Source: Saccostrea echinata
Lineage: Eukaryota
NCBI RefSeq assembly: GCF_033153115.1
Contig: NW_026889751.1
Location: 8,618,001-8,682,000 of the forward strand
Reading direction: 5' to 3'
Length of the DNA stretch: 64,000 bases
The notes beneath the pieces were generated by a model. The model was not told the DNA's origin and ran no database searches. It saw only the letters and a program-made list of their open reading frames with translations. How positions within the stretch are numbered: position 1 is the stretch's first letter; each line of letters starts with the position of its first letter. Positions 26,301 through 40,400 of the stretch are shown here, in pieces. A program made the translations under genes and the position numbers.

Positions 26301-27580
26301 ATTTCAAGCCCTGATATGGTACTTACACATGGTGAGTTTTTCAAGTTTTGCAAATGTGTTTGCTAAGTCACGGCCAATTTTTCTGAAAAGACAAAAAACA
26401 AAGGCTGAATGAAATATACATTATATATTTGAATTATGAAGCAGGGTATCAAAAATCCTTGTCTGATCAAAGTAATCTGTTTATTTGGATAGATAGAATA
26501 AATTCTCTTAAATGCACCAAATATTTAAGCAATGCATATTAGTTTTACTTTATGGAGATTGATCCGCAATATTTTCATCTTCCCGTGTTTACATGCAATT
26601 TTTTGGCAATTTACAGAAATGAAAAAATATTATTATCATTGTCAATAATTTGAAATTACTTTGCAATTTGAGTAAATTCACTCCTTTGTCGTAAAGCTGG
26701 GTTTCTTTTGTGAGCCAGTGTTCCATTTCCCTGCAATATATACAATAAATAATTCATGGGAATGTTTTAATTGATACATAATAAGATGCATTCTCTACTC
26801 AGAATTCTGTTGACAGAATGTCAGCTGATTTCACAACATTGCCAACAATTTGGAAATAAAACCTGGTGAAAAAAAAGATAAGGATGAACTTCATTTTCTT
26901 GAAAACCAATATCTCAAATACCAGGGATATGGTTGAAATGTTGAATGAGAAGAGAATCTTTTGTAACTCATTAAAATATTGATCAATGCAAGTAAAGCAT
27001 AGTCAGAAATGAACTTTGATGTGACCTTTCAATACTCAACTGCAGTTTAAGAACATTTCTTATACTTGCATATTGTTGATTGCATTTGCAGTGGAAACAA
27101 TTATTTTCATTGGTTAACATGATGTGATGTCACATGTGTGCGTATTAGAGGAGTGCTTACTCAAGATCACAATACTTTATGTGATCAAGCAGTTCTGGGT
27201 AGGAGAGAGCTATATGCAGACTCCGAACAGTACAGCTTGAGGCAACGTATACTCCAAGCTTTATCAAGGATAGAAAAACTAACAAATCCCTGCATAAAAA
27301 TCTTTACCAATTACAAATGGGATTCTGTGTGTATCCATAAATAATGTAAAATTTGTTTTAAATCTCTGTGACTTTTGCTTAAAATATGTACTTAGTATAT
27401 ATACCATACCTGTCTTGATTGTAATAATTTTGCTGCAGAAAGAAACTCATTGGTTCGATCTCTACAAGACATTTCTGTGTCTATTGGAATCTCTGAGACA
27501 ATTGTCTGACTTGTTTGTGTGGATATTCTGCTTTGTTTAGAATCAGATCCAGAATTGGTATGGCGTCGTCTCGCTATCAT
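23395..27580 (-). CDS. STX5: Syntaxin-5 (Golgi Qa-SNARE), 9 coding exons
   Basis: Minus-strand exons 27580-27410, 26730-26660, 26382-26327, 25850-25669, 25378-25322, 25092-25014, 24465-24341, 24054-23933, 23554-23395. Diagnostic motifs: MSCRDRTNEF, TFAKLEKLT, KKKSLFDDKPVEIQELTYII, IESTIVELGGIFTQLAHMVKEQEEMV, C-terminal TM SVTSNRWLMIKIFAVLILFFIIFVVFMA. Confidence 0.97.
25949..26313. mobile_element. hAT-like MITE with 5-bp TSD in an STX5 intron
   Basis: TIRs CAGGGCTAGAAATAAT / ATTATTTCAAGCCCTG, with ATATG on both sides. Confidence 0.75.
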
Positions 27581-28199
27581 TGATCTTGTTCTAAGATGTC
27601 ATCTGAAATAAACGGGTATGATTTTAAAATGCTATTGGAAAAATTCCACTCTTAATACAAGCCTAAACACACCATTTACAAAACTGGCTGATATTGATAT
27701 CTCTCAGAAGAAATAAAGTTTTGATATTGTTGGGATTAATATGTCAATTCAGATTATGAATCATATATTGTGTGTGAAAAATTGTCAAATATATTTTTTT
27801 TCTACGTGAATAAATATTCCATGTCTATATCGTGAATATTTTGAACAAGTGTTCTTTTACCTAGCATTACATTCATTCCAATAATGGAAAATCATACATG
27901 TAATGTCAGAGACCTATCTATAGTACATAGGTCCCTGGTAATGTGCAATATGAAAGAAAAGAGAACTGGGCCGGGTGAAATATGGGACTGAATATTGATG
28001 AACTGGAGAAGGCATAGAAATATCCATAAATGTCGTTTCGTTTCAACAAGAATGAAACCATTTGAGGGAATTTCAAATGAACAATTTATACCTAAAATAG
28101 ATGGAACGTTACTTCTTGCTGTTAATATTTTTTAGCTTCATTCTAAACATTTTTAAAATTTTACATGTACAAATCAACCAAAATTCGTTTGTCATTTAC

Positions 28200-28489
28200 C
28201 TACCAAAACAAGACCGTCACACCGACTACCAAAAAACACGAACTTTCCACTTAATTTTTTAACTTTTACAGATACTCATGATCATATTTTCTGTTTTGAC
28301 ACAACAGCACAAATCTTCCACGAATCTATTACGTCACATCCGCCCGGCACCGGAAACAGTGCGCGCTGTTATAAAACGAAATCGTACACGAGGAGAATCA
28401 TTTGGTCGTGAGACCGTGAACAGTGCAGATGCAAAGAGCACGTTATGCTTACTCAACGATTTGCATGATAAATTAAGTAATATATCATA
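28200..28489. promoter_or_regulatory. Putative bidirectional promoter of STX5/MTR, including a probable non-coding first exon of STX5
   Basis: CpG-richer segment between head-to-head genes. Minus-strand donor (GTAG|GTAAAT) at ~28200. TTACGTCA-CATCCG and ACCGGAAA motifs at 28329-28356. Confidence 0.6.
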
Positions 28490-31400
28490 ATGCCTCCAAC
28501 TATTTCAGATTCCAAAACTGTAGGAAACACAGGTCTGTATATTTTAAAATGCAAAAATAATATTTTCCCGTACTTTAGTTGAATGTCTGTTTTGTTTGAC
28601 AACAAAAAAGTTGTCGCCCTTTTCATCAGACGATAATGTAAAGTTGAGGAGGGGTTGGGGGGAGGGGTGTCTAGCTTTTTTTTATGTAGTTCGATATGTG
28701 TACTATACGTGCTCATATTCAAATAACAGTTTTAGAATTGCTAGTAAAAGAGTTTATGTTAAGTAACCATTTATCTTCAAGTGATGGAAAAAATACAGAA
28801 GACTCTTCAGGAGCGGATCATGATATTTGATGGTGGAATGGGAACGATGATTCAGATGCATCGCCTGGAGGAGGAAGATTTTAGAGGAGAAGAGTTCAAA
28901 GATCATCCTAAAAGTCTAAAGGGGAATAATGATATACTTGTTTTAACTCAGCCAAAAATTATATTGGATATTCATAAGGTTTTTTATTTTTTTTTTCCAA
29001 ATCATTTTAATAGAATGAATGAAGTAAATTGTGTTAGAGTGCTATAGATAATTGATAAAAAGGAAAACTACAATTGTGCAGCATATCAAACACTATAAGC
29101 TTATCTTATCTAGGATCTGCCATGTAGAGAAAAATAAATATTGACTTAGTTCCTGTTCATGCAGAAGTTGTTGGATCATTGTTAATCAGACTTACACTCT
29201 CGTTAATTTATTCTTTAAATATCCAGGATTGGTCATGTGTAATCATGGTTGTTCTCCAGATTAAAAAAAAAGAAAGTAATTCTCTAAAAGAAAAGACTTT
29301 AACAGCCCTCCCCCCTAATAAAATGATAACCTTTTATATATTACTTTTATTTCTTGTAGGGTTATTTAGAAGCTGGTGCAGATTTTGTGGAAACAAATAC
29401 ATTTAGTGGGACCAGGATTGCACAAGCTGATTATGGAACAGAACACTTGGTATAATTATTATTAAGAAAAAGAAAAGAAAAGGAAAAAAAGTGAGAAATT
29501 GAGAAGAACTGTTTTTTACAGCCTTTTTTTTTTTACATTCCAAATGCTGTTATATTTCAGACCTACAGATTAAATTTTGAAGCTGCAAAAATTGCAAAGC
29601 AGGCTGCAGAAGAGGTTTCAAATAAAACAGGTCTGGATTCAAACTATAACCCCCCCCCCCCCATCAAAAAACAAAACAAAAACAAACAAAAAACAAGCAA
29701 GCAACGAAAGGATCAGATCAGAATTCTATGCTTTTTGAGACCTTGAAGGTGCTTGGACACATATTTGAACTTAATATTTTCTCAAATTTTCTGTATAATA
29801 TCACGACTTATAAATTGCAATAGCATTTCACACGAAAATATAATTAAAAACCTATTTTATCTGGAAATTATTGGAACTACGAATTCTGGGACGCGTTTGA
29901 TTAACACATCTTTGCACTTACACAAATTTTAACTTTATCCTTAATATTTAAGATAAGAAGCGATTTTGTTACGTATTAATGAAAAATATTACATATATAA
30001 TCCAGAAAATTTAGAGTAGAAATGTTAGACAGCAAAACCAAGTCACTAGTATTGTCAGTCCATGCTCTGTGATGGGTACAGAGTTTAACAAATTGAACAC
30101 ACCCGTGAAACGGAAACTGTTTTTGTAAACAGGGCACGAGCTCTGTTATTGTTAATGTTTACGATTCACTGGGTGTGTTCAATTGTTAAACTCTGCACAC
30201 ACCACTGAGCACGGACTTGCAATACTGTGAGTGGGTTTTACTTTCAAACATTTCTACTCAGAATTTTCTGGGTTGTAGTTTTAATATTTTTCATTAATAC
30301 ACAACAAATTTGCCACTTTTCTTAAGTATTCAGAATAAAATTAGAATACATGAAAGTGCAAGGATGTGTCAATCTAACGTGTCCAGAAATTTGAAGTTTT
30401 AATAACTTCGAGATGATATAAGATTTTTATTATATTTTAGTATGAAATGCTATAGCAACGTATAAGTCATGAAATTATACAGACAATTTGAGAAAATATT
30501 TACTTCAAACCTGTGTCCAAGGACCTTTAACTATAAAAAATTAAAATTTTATTGTTAATTTGTATGTGTGTGCCAACATGATCATTTCAGCAAATCATTT
30601 AAAATATTGAAATTTATGTATGTATAGGCATTCCAAAGTATGTAGCTGGTGCAATGGGTCCAACAAACAGAACTCTCTCTATATCTCCCTCTGTAGAGAA
30701 GCCAGAGTTTAGAAACATCAGTAAGTGACCATCACTTTGCTCACTATAGATACATTAACTCATTACTACTATAATTTTCTTTATAAGCTTGATTAAAAAA
30801 TTATCAGTGGTAAATAATTTCACCTCTCTGTCGACTTTCACTTAGTTCAAGTTGTCCAGTCAATGCTAAGAAAAATGAAAAAAAAATTTGTCTTTGTTGT
30901 GTGAGACTTTATTCAATTTGTTCCTCGATCTTCAAAATTTTTGCTTTGTCAGCTTTTGATGAACTGGTCGAAGCATATACAGAACAAGCCAAGGGGTTGA
31001 TAGAGGGAGGGGCAGACGTGCTACTGGTGGAGACAATTTTTGACACTGCGAATTCTAAGGCGGCACTATTTGCAATTGAAGAACTATTTCAGAAAGCAAA
31101 TTTTGAGTGTCCTGTGTTTGTGTCTGGAACAATTGTAGACAAGAGTGGTAGAACTCTCTCAGGGCAGACCACAGAGGCTTTCATTATTAGTGTGTCACAT
31201 GCAAATCCAATGTGGTATGTAGATATAGTGCTTTACAAATGAAAGTAACCAGAGGGCTTGTGAGCTTAAGTAATAAGCCACATTAAACGTATAATCTAAT
31301 TATTTGGAACTATTATATTTTTTGTTAAAAAAATAATTAAGGAAAATCATAATTACATATAAATCTCTATATTTGATAAGTTGAAGTGACAAACATGCTT

Positions 31401-34400
31401 TCAGCTTGATTGAATAAAGTCTAATTTTATTGTAAGTATTTCTTATGACTTTTTTGTTTTGTTTTCAGTATTGGATTAAATTGTGCATTAGGTGCCAATG
31501 AGATGAGACCTTTCATTGAAGCAGTCAGTAAAAATACAACAGCATACACAATATGCTATCCAAATGCAGGTTCGATTTCTCATAATTATTTTTCAGTACC
31601 CAATTTTATCCTATATATTTTTCAGGGACATGAAAAAAAAAAAAATAAACAAAATTTTGTTACAATTTACATTTTGTAGGATTACCAAATACATTTGGAG
31701 ATTATGATGAAACCCCAGAGAGCATGAGTGAACAACTCTCAGTAAGTAAACTGTGTTAATGGATGCAGAATGCATTATGTTTTCTCAGACTCATTGCATG
31801 CATTAATAAAATTTTATGAAAAGAAACCAAATTCATACAAATATTTAAACAGTTAAAATTTGGTATCTCCAACATCAATATCCAGAATACCATGGATATA
31901 TGGAAGTCAGATGAAGCCAAAACCACTTTTAGTTAATGTATTTCAACTTCAATATCTTGAATCCTCAGTATTTCAAAGTTTTTTTCTTGACCCAATCCAA
32001 TTTGAGATGATGAGGTTTGACTGTAGTTAATATAGATATTGTTTTGTTAGATGAGTCTTGCTATGTTTCTTTCAGAGTTTTGCACAGGCTGGCCTGTTGA
32101 ACATTGTAGGTGGGTGTTGTGGGACAACACCTGAACACATTAGGTGAGGAAATGTGTATGTTACCTGTTCTTCACTCTTCTCAGATCTGTTGACTGTTTT
32201 TTAAATAGTTTGATATTTTCCTTTATGCATTACAAGCAGACATAACTGGAATGGGATTTATATACAGTAATAAAAGACTAAAAGACATATTATTTCTCCT
32301 AGTATTTCAACATTTTTAAGTACTCTCTGTTTTGTATACAGTATATATTTCTCATCATCCATTTGTATGTTGTAATTCTTGCCGTTTGATAGATTTTTTT
32401 TTCTTACAGAGCAATAGCAGAAGGGGTTTCTCAATTCAAACCAAGAATTCCACCACAGGAGCTTAGGAAAGACTTCATGATGCTCTCAGGTAAAATTGAA
32501 TTGAATTTTTCAGCCAGCTATTCAATTTTATACAAAAAAAACCCCTTTCATTCAGACTATATGTCAGGACTGTAGCTTTTCTGTAGATTTGTAAAAGTGA
32601 ATGAGTAGAGAGGTAGGTACATGAAATATTTTGCTTATGAAGGATTTCAGAATGATTTGTACTTGTTCTTTAGGACTTGAGCCTACATATATAGGACCAT
32701 ATACTAACTTTGTGAATATTGGGGAGAGATGCAATGTAGCAGGATCTCGAAAGTTTGCCAGACTAATAAAAAATGGGGAGTATGAGGTGAGAGGAAAAAA
32801 ATCAAGTGTTCTGATATAGAAATCATGTTATCATTGATGGTTCTTGCATAAAAATTATATATTGAACATGATTGTTTTTGGATTTGCTTTTTATAAATGG
32901 AAACACATTTAAATGATACTTAAATCCTCAAGCTTCTTGCATTTTACATCTGTTTCCTAGTGCCTTTTAATTCCATTATTGTAACTTAATTTATTTTTCC
33001 ACCACTTGTGACAAAGAAGATGATTTAATGTCTTTTAGAAAGGCATATACACATGCATCTACAATACATAGTGGATCTTTAACTATGTATATTTGTATTC
33101 TAAAAATAACATAACATGGATTTGTTACTATGATACAGGAAGCCTTAAATATTGCAAAAACTCAGGTAGAAAATGGAGCACAGATCCTGGATATCAACAT
33201 GGATGAAGGGATGTTGGATGGAGTGGCATGCATGTCCAAATTTACCAATCTCATTGCTTCAGAACCAGAAATCTCAAAGGTCTGCAATCCCTCAAAAGTG
33301 TAAAGACCTAAAATTATTTAATGGTCAATATCCTGGTGATCTTTAATATGCAAAAAGGATTTTATTAATCTTCTCCCAGAAGAATTTTTGAGTATTTTGT
33401 TGCATAATGTGTGTGTGTTATTTTATAACAGGTGCCCCTCTGTATAGATTCCTCAAACTTTGCTGTGATAGAAGCAGGGCTGAAATGTACTCAGGGAAAA
33501 TGCATTGTAAACAGTATTAGCTTGAAAGAAGGAGAGGAGGACTTCATGGAAAAGGCTAGGAAGATAAAACTTTATGGTGGTGCTGTTGTGGTAATGGCAT
33601 TTGATGAGCAAGGACAAGTGAGTATTTATAGATTTAATTTTCAGGAGATAGATACCGTATATATTCGCCTATAAGTCGGTTTTTTTGGGAGTTAAACTTT
33701 GGTCCAAAACTCTTTATCCGACTTATAGGCGAGTTATAAAAAGATTGGTATTTTAGTTGGTCAATCCCTCTAATTTAAGCTTTAAAAATACAACCGACTT
33801 ATAGGCGGACCGGCTTATAGGCGAGTATATACGGTATGCATTATAAATTTTGGTGCAAGAGTTATCTTTCCAGAAAATGGTGTAATTCTCAACAAAGGGA
33901 TATCCTGTTTTTTTTCTTTCTCTGGAATCATGCAACAAAGATAATTCTAATATATATTAAGAGTAAAATGTTTAATATCAAAGTATAAAATTCTGTTTTT
34001 ACATGTATGCTTAGAAGTAAGTATCAGGCAGAATATTTTTTCACCCCTCTAGGCAGCAGACAGGAAAAGGAAGTATGAGATATGTGAAAGGTCATACAGA
34101 ATACTTGTAGACAAAGTGAAGTTCAACCCTAATGACATAATATTTGACCCTAATATCCTCACCATAGCAACAGGAATTGAAGAACACAACACATATGGAG
34201 TAGATTTCATCATGGCAACCAAAGATATCAAGGTTGTACTAAAATATGAATGTGACTTAATTTGCTCACATGTATTTGATAATAGCAGCCTATCCCAGTG
34301 CTATGCTTGAAATAAATATGGTAAATTTTTCTTTATATTGTTTTTTTATCTTACAGGTGAATAACAAAAATTTTTGACCTTATTGATTTATACTTTAGGA

Positions 34401-37400
34401 GACTTTACCAAGGGCCAGAGTTAGTGGGGGTGTGTCTAATTTCTCGTTTTCTTTTCGTGGAATGGATGCTGTTAGAGAGGCCATGCATAGTGTTTTCCTG
34501 TATCATGCAATCAAGGTATTGGGAATATTCTTAAAAGCTTGTTGTAGTCATAAAGTGTTGGAATTTTAGTGTTAGACTTGATAAAGAATTACACATTGAA
34601 AGATTTTGATTAACAATTACTTTAGTGATCTGAAACTTAACATCTCAAAGCCAAGGGAGAATACTCCTAATAAACACAGTTCATTGAAATCTTCATATTT
34701 CAATACAGTAAACATACATGAAATTACTTCGAACAAATTTATTCTAGTAGTTGAACATTATGCATCTGTGTCAATTTGGACTATGTGGAAAATTTTTCTT
34801 AATGTTCTGACACAGAACTGACACCATTTTCCTCACAGAGTGAATGTCTAACTACCAATAGTAAATTGTGATATTTGTTGAAGCCTCAGTTTTCATTAAT
34901 TATTTTTTGCCTCCTTATGATACATTTATATACAATGTTTTTAGAATGGAATGGACATGGGCATTGTCAATGCTGGATGTCTGCCAGTTTATGATGATAT
35001 TGAGCCCAAGCTTTTGGAACTCTGTGAAAATTTGCTGTGGAACAAAGATCCAGATGGGACAGAAAAATTGCTAGCATATGCTCAGGTAAAATTTTGTGAT
35101 TATACTTGGCTGAAAAGCATGTGTAAAGAGGTAATAAGTACAATGTATAGTAAGATGAAATACATGTAGTCAGCATAATTTCTAAGTTTATAATCATTCT
35201 GAAAATTCTGTGCATATATGAATTTTAGTCACTTATTTCCATGGCAAAGTAATCAGAGTTGTCAACTTCAGGTCTTCTTAAAAAATTATTTCAAGAGATT
35301 ATAGCAAAAATGATGATCTAAATGTATCTGCAGAGTATGGGAAAAGATGCAAAGAAGGCAGCAGTGAGTGACGAATGGAGGAACAAGAATGTGGAAGATA
35401 GACTTGAGTTCTCTCTTGTTAAGGTGACAAGACATTGTTTCTGTGTTAGATATCTAGTTCTGTCACTCGTCTTTTAGCCAGAATTAGAAACATTGTTACT
35501 TGTGTGAGCACATCTCCATGTCACCTTCAGTAGGTCATTTAAGCCAATTGATGCTTGTGTTCTGAGCTTCAGTTAAGATTATGTTTGAAAGTATATTTGT
35601 AGTCATGAATGATTCTTATTGTTGACAGGGAATAGACAAGTATGTCATAGAAGACACAGAAGAAGCCCGTCAGAACCAGGATTTGTACCCCCGACCCCTG
35701 AATGTCATCGAGGGACCGCTGATGAAGGGAATGAGTGTGGTGGGGGATCTCTTTGGGGCGGGGAAAATGTTTTTACCTCAGGTGATCAAATCAGCACGTG
35801 TCATGAAAAAAGCAGTGGGACATTTGATTCCCTTCATGGAAAAGGAAAAGGAGGAGAGAATGAAAAAGACTGGAGCTGTGGTGAGTTTTCATGCCACAAG
35901 AATTTACAGTTAAACCTTGTTATTTTGAACAAAGATATATCAATTACCGTATATATGTTGAATTGAGTTGGAAGTCCCAAACACGTTGCTCATGTATTTT
36001 AACCTCAATATCTCCAATCTTAGGTATCTTAAAGTTTTTTTTTCTTTAAACCCATTGAGTTAGAGAAGACAAGGTTTGGCTGTGTATAGATTGTATGTGG
36101 CATTATTTTGCTAGGTGTAAGGGAAACTATCCAAACATATGCAGTAGGCCTATCCACTTTGACTTGTATTTATTTTATCATGTATTAGAAATGGCCACTC
36201 TCAAACACAATCTTGTTTAATTATTTATCAAACACAATCATGTTTAATTATTATTCATTGACAGTCTCTGATAAAAGACTTTAAGCTTTTCCTATATTCT
36301 AAGATATGTTGTTTATCAGCAACTTTGGGAAGTTGACCTTTCCTTAGATTAAAAAAAATGTTTTTTCCCCATGAAGTGTTACAGTAATATACATTCTAGC
36401 ATTTCATTGTTTTGAATAGGAGAGTGGATATTCTGGAGTTATTGTCTTGGCAACAGTAAAAGGAGATGTCCATGACATTGGCAAGAATATTGTGGGAGTT
36501 GTTTTGGCTTGTAACAATTTCAAGTAAGTGTGTCTATTTTGCAGACAAATTGTTCCCTGAACATGATGTAAAATAAAAAAAAGTGTCATTGATGTGCATT
36601 AAATATGTGTTGGTATTTTATTTTTGTCATCAAGAGTCATAGATCTTGGAGTAATGACACCATGTGAGAAGATTCTTCAGACAGCCATGGAGGAAAATGC
36701 AGGTAAGGCTTATAAAAGGACTGTTATATCAATTATATATATGAATTAGGGATGGCAATTGAATACAGAATTGCTAATCGGTTAACCGCAAGAAGTTCCG
36801 ACCGATCAGTGCTCAACGGTGATTTGTTTAATATAATTTAAGAATTACAAGACAGTCGGGGTACAACTTAGTGTTTTAAAAAACAGAAATTAACAGTTCA
36901 TAAATTGACCAATTATACCCCGTGATCTCCATCCGGAGAACCATAATTACCTCCAAATAAGATTAAATAGATATGTGAAAAAAAACCTAAATTATCAACT
37001 TTTATGCAGAGGTTTCTTTTTAGGAATGAATTTAAGAAAATTGTGTTCAAATTTACATATATTTTATTTTTTTCTGACTAACCGATTACAGTTTTTCTAA
37101 CCGATTACCATCGTTCCAACCGAGTAATCGGTTAACCGGTTACAAATTGCCATCCCTAATATGAATATATGATACAGTCATACCTCATCTCAAACTCGAA
37201 GGGACCAAGAAAATACTTTGATATAACCAAGGATTCGAGATATCCAGGATAAAATACTTAAGGAATAATCAGTTGGGACTTCAAAATGACTTTGACATAC
37301 CCATGGTATTCGAGATATCCATGTTCGAGATACCGGAGTTCTTCTGTACATACAAAAACACATGTCTGTATTTATTTGATCTGCCCTGTGTTCTTAAAAT

Positions 37401-40400
37401 AATATTTGCTATGTTATGCCTTATGCAAAAAAAGGTAGGGTGAGTGGGATGGAGGAGATGTTCTTCTAGTACCTTGGAGTATGAAATTTGTTATCTAGTG
37501 ATGAAGTAAGGGATGATACCAGAACACAAGGTTTAATACTTAGGAAAGGGAAGCCTGATGAGAAAGTACATGTATCATTCCTTACCCAGTCAATTCATTT
37601 CCTGGTCATAAATTTTGTTGGAGAAATATTGGAAGTTACACTTAGTAAAAAAGTTGCATATGACTGGTGGATGTGTGTTGACTCTTAACCAAGGTCATTT
37701 GGACATGATCTTAAACTAATCACACTTTGAAAAGACTAAGGCTGAATAATCTTCAAAAGCCAAGTGATTCTACTCTGCTCCACTCATTTTTCTGATCTCC
37801 TGCACGCCTCACAAATCCTTGGGTTTTTGAGGAGTGGAACAAATCAGATATAGTTTGCTGCAGAGGATGACATGAAGTGGGAATTAGATAGGCAAGCTTG
37901 CAATTTGTGTTTTCTGAAACAAAATGTGCTTAAAAATCAATGGAAATACAGTTGAACTTCGGTATCTTGAACACGGATGTCTCAAATACCATGGATATCT
38001 TGAAGTGATAGGGAAGTCTTAACCACATATTTCTTTAGTATTTTACCCTAGATATCTCGAACCCTCGGATATCTCGAAGTTTTTTCTTTGTCCCATTGAG
38101 TTCAAGATAATGAGGTTTGACTATATGTTTAAAAATGAAAAAATTTAGAAGTTGACAAATTTTGTGACCTTTTTTGTATTTTATCACTTAGAATCAATAC
38201 TCATTTTGTAACAGGAGTGATAACAGATTTTTGGCTATGAACTATTACATAGTTCTGTGAGACACCCCAAAGTGGGGCCAAAAAGGGGTCTTAGCCTTTC
38301 TTGTCCTTGGTGTTCAAGTTTTTACAAGCAAAGCACTTGTGGGTGTGCCCTGTTTGGGGGGAGGGGGATTATGCCAATTAGAACAGTTCAACTTAGAATT
38401 GGTTGTTTCTTGTTATGAAAATCATTTTTAAAGTGGTAGTGGGGGTTTATGAGTTGTTACATATCGGCATCTTGACTTGTTTCAGACATCATTGGTTTGT
38501 CTGGACTAATCACACCCTCTCTGGATGAAATGATTTACGTTGCCAAGGAAATGGAGAGGATTGGAATGAAGGTCCCCCTTCTGATTGGTGGAGCCACCAC
38601 CTCAAAGTATGTATTGCCAAATACTCTTAAGAATACTGCATAATACCCGATAAAGAATAACCAATGATAAACAAATCTTACAAAGATTTTCCCAACTAAG
38701 AGTAGATCAGAATTGCAGATAAAAACCCACATTCCAACACCCTATCTTTAAAATGTGATGTTGTAGGAAAAAAATTCCTGAAGCTATTGAATTTAAAAAG
38801 TCAGTTTTAATACAAACATGCCTGTATGTTCTCTTGATCATTTTGTTAATTTAATAAATATTTACAAGTACACTAAAAATCATTCATTTCTTTACTGTAG
38901 GACCCACACAGCAGTTAAAATAGCCCCAAGATACAAGTCACCCACTATTCATGTACTGGATGCCTCCAAAAGTGTGGTGGTGGTGAGTTGAAAGATAGCG
39001 CATCATCTCTGTGTTGTTTTATTTCTATATACTGGTATTTGTTTTCGTTAAAATTTTTAGGTTTTTAGTTATGTTGCTTTAGTATAAAAAGAAAAAATGC
39101 CAGTCAAATCTTATGTACGGTAGTATATAAAAGTGGACAAAACATGGGAAAGAAATTATGTTTTCTGACAGATTAACTTAAAGATTTTTTGGCTATCTCT
39201 CATTTGTAATTACATTTACTCATGAATATAACTAATCGCAGATATACATGCATTTCATGTAAGTTCCCTAGAAATACATGATGTAGGTTTTTTTATGGAA
39301 ACCTTCTGTTATTAAAGAGTACAGCAGAGAGGAAAATGATTTAACCTTGTAAGTGTTACATGATGTCACTCTTTCTTTAAACAGTGTTCACAACTACTTG
39401 ATGAAGAAAATAAAGATGACTATGTAGAAGAAGTATCAGAGGATTATGAGGAAATCAGAACAGAACATTACAGCGGCCTTAAAGTAAGATACATGTAAAA
39501 TCAATTATAGGCTGCCTTACAGAACAAAATATAAAAACTATAATTAATGGAATGACAGTAATGAAAGTAAGAGCATGTTTCAAAGATCATAAATTTTAGT
39601 TGGTCCTAACTTTTTGCCTAATCAACTTTTATGGGGAAAAAGTCTTGTCAGAATCTTTAAATTTCAAATCAAAACACCACTGAAATTGATCTTGATTATA
39701 GAAAATCTTTAGATAGATTTTGGTATAGTTGTAGATCTTCTGTCAAAGAAAAACTTGATTGTAATTCAAGTATTAGATATATACACATACAAATCCAGTT
39801 CCAATTGGTTATCATTGTAGGACTTGTAGCACACATGGCATCAGAAAAAGAGGTTTAGGATACTATTAAAGGAAACTGCATTGACATTTGTATTATTTAG
39901 AAATGTAAATGCCTTGTTTCTTGTTTCAGGACAGGAAATATTTGTCAATTGAAAAGGCCAGAGAAAAGAAACTTTCTATAGACTGGACTTTATCTCCACC
40001 AGGTATGTTAAGTTTGTTTGTTTTTGCTTTTTGTTTGTTTGTTTGTTTTGGTCCAGAAACTTAATTTTAAAAACATTGGAAACACGAAACCCAATTTTAA
40101 CAAATAAAAATATTCAAGTGAATGAAAACCTGATCCTCAAAACAGAACCAGGATTTCATACATGTAGTTTACTACATTGTTGTCCTACATAAATATGCCT
40201 CACATGTCTACAAAATGTGGTCCAAGAAACTTGTTTATTGCATATATTAATATTCATCTCCCCAGAAAAAGATAGCAATATGTTTAGGTTGTATATAAAA
40301 CTGGACTTCAATATTCTCCCTATTTAGCACCACAACCGACTGTCATAGGCGTTAAAACCTATGAGAATTATGACCTATCTCGTTTGATTCCATACATCGA

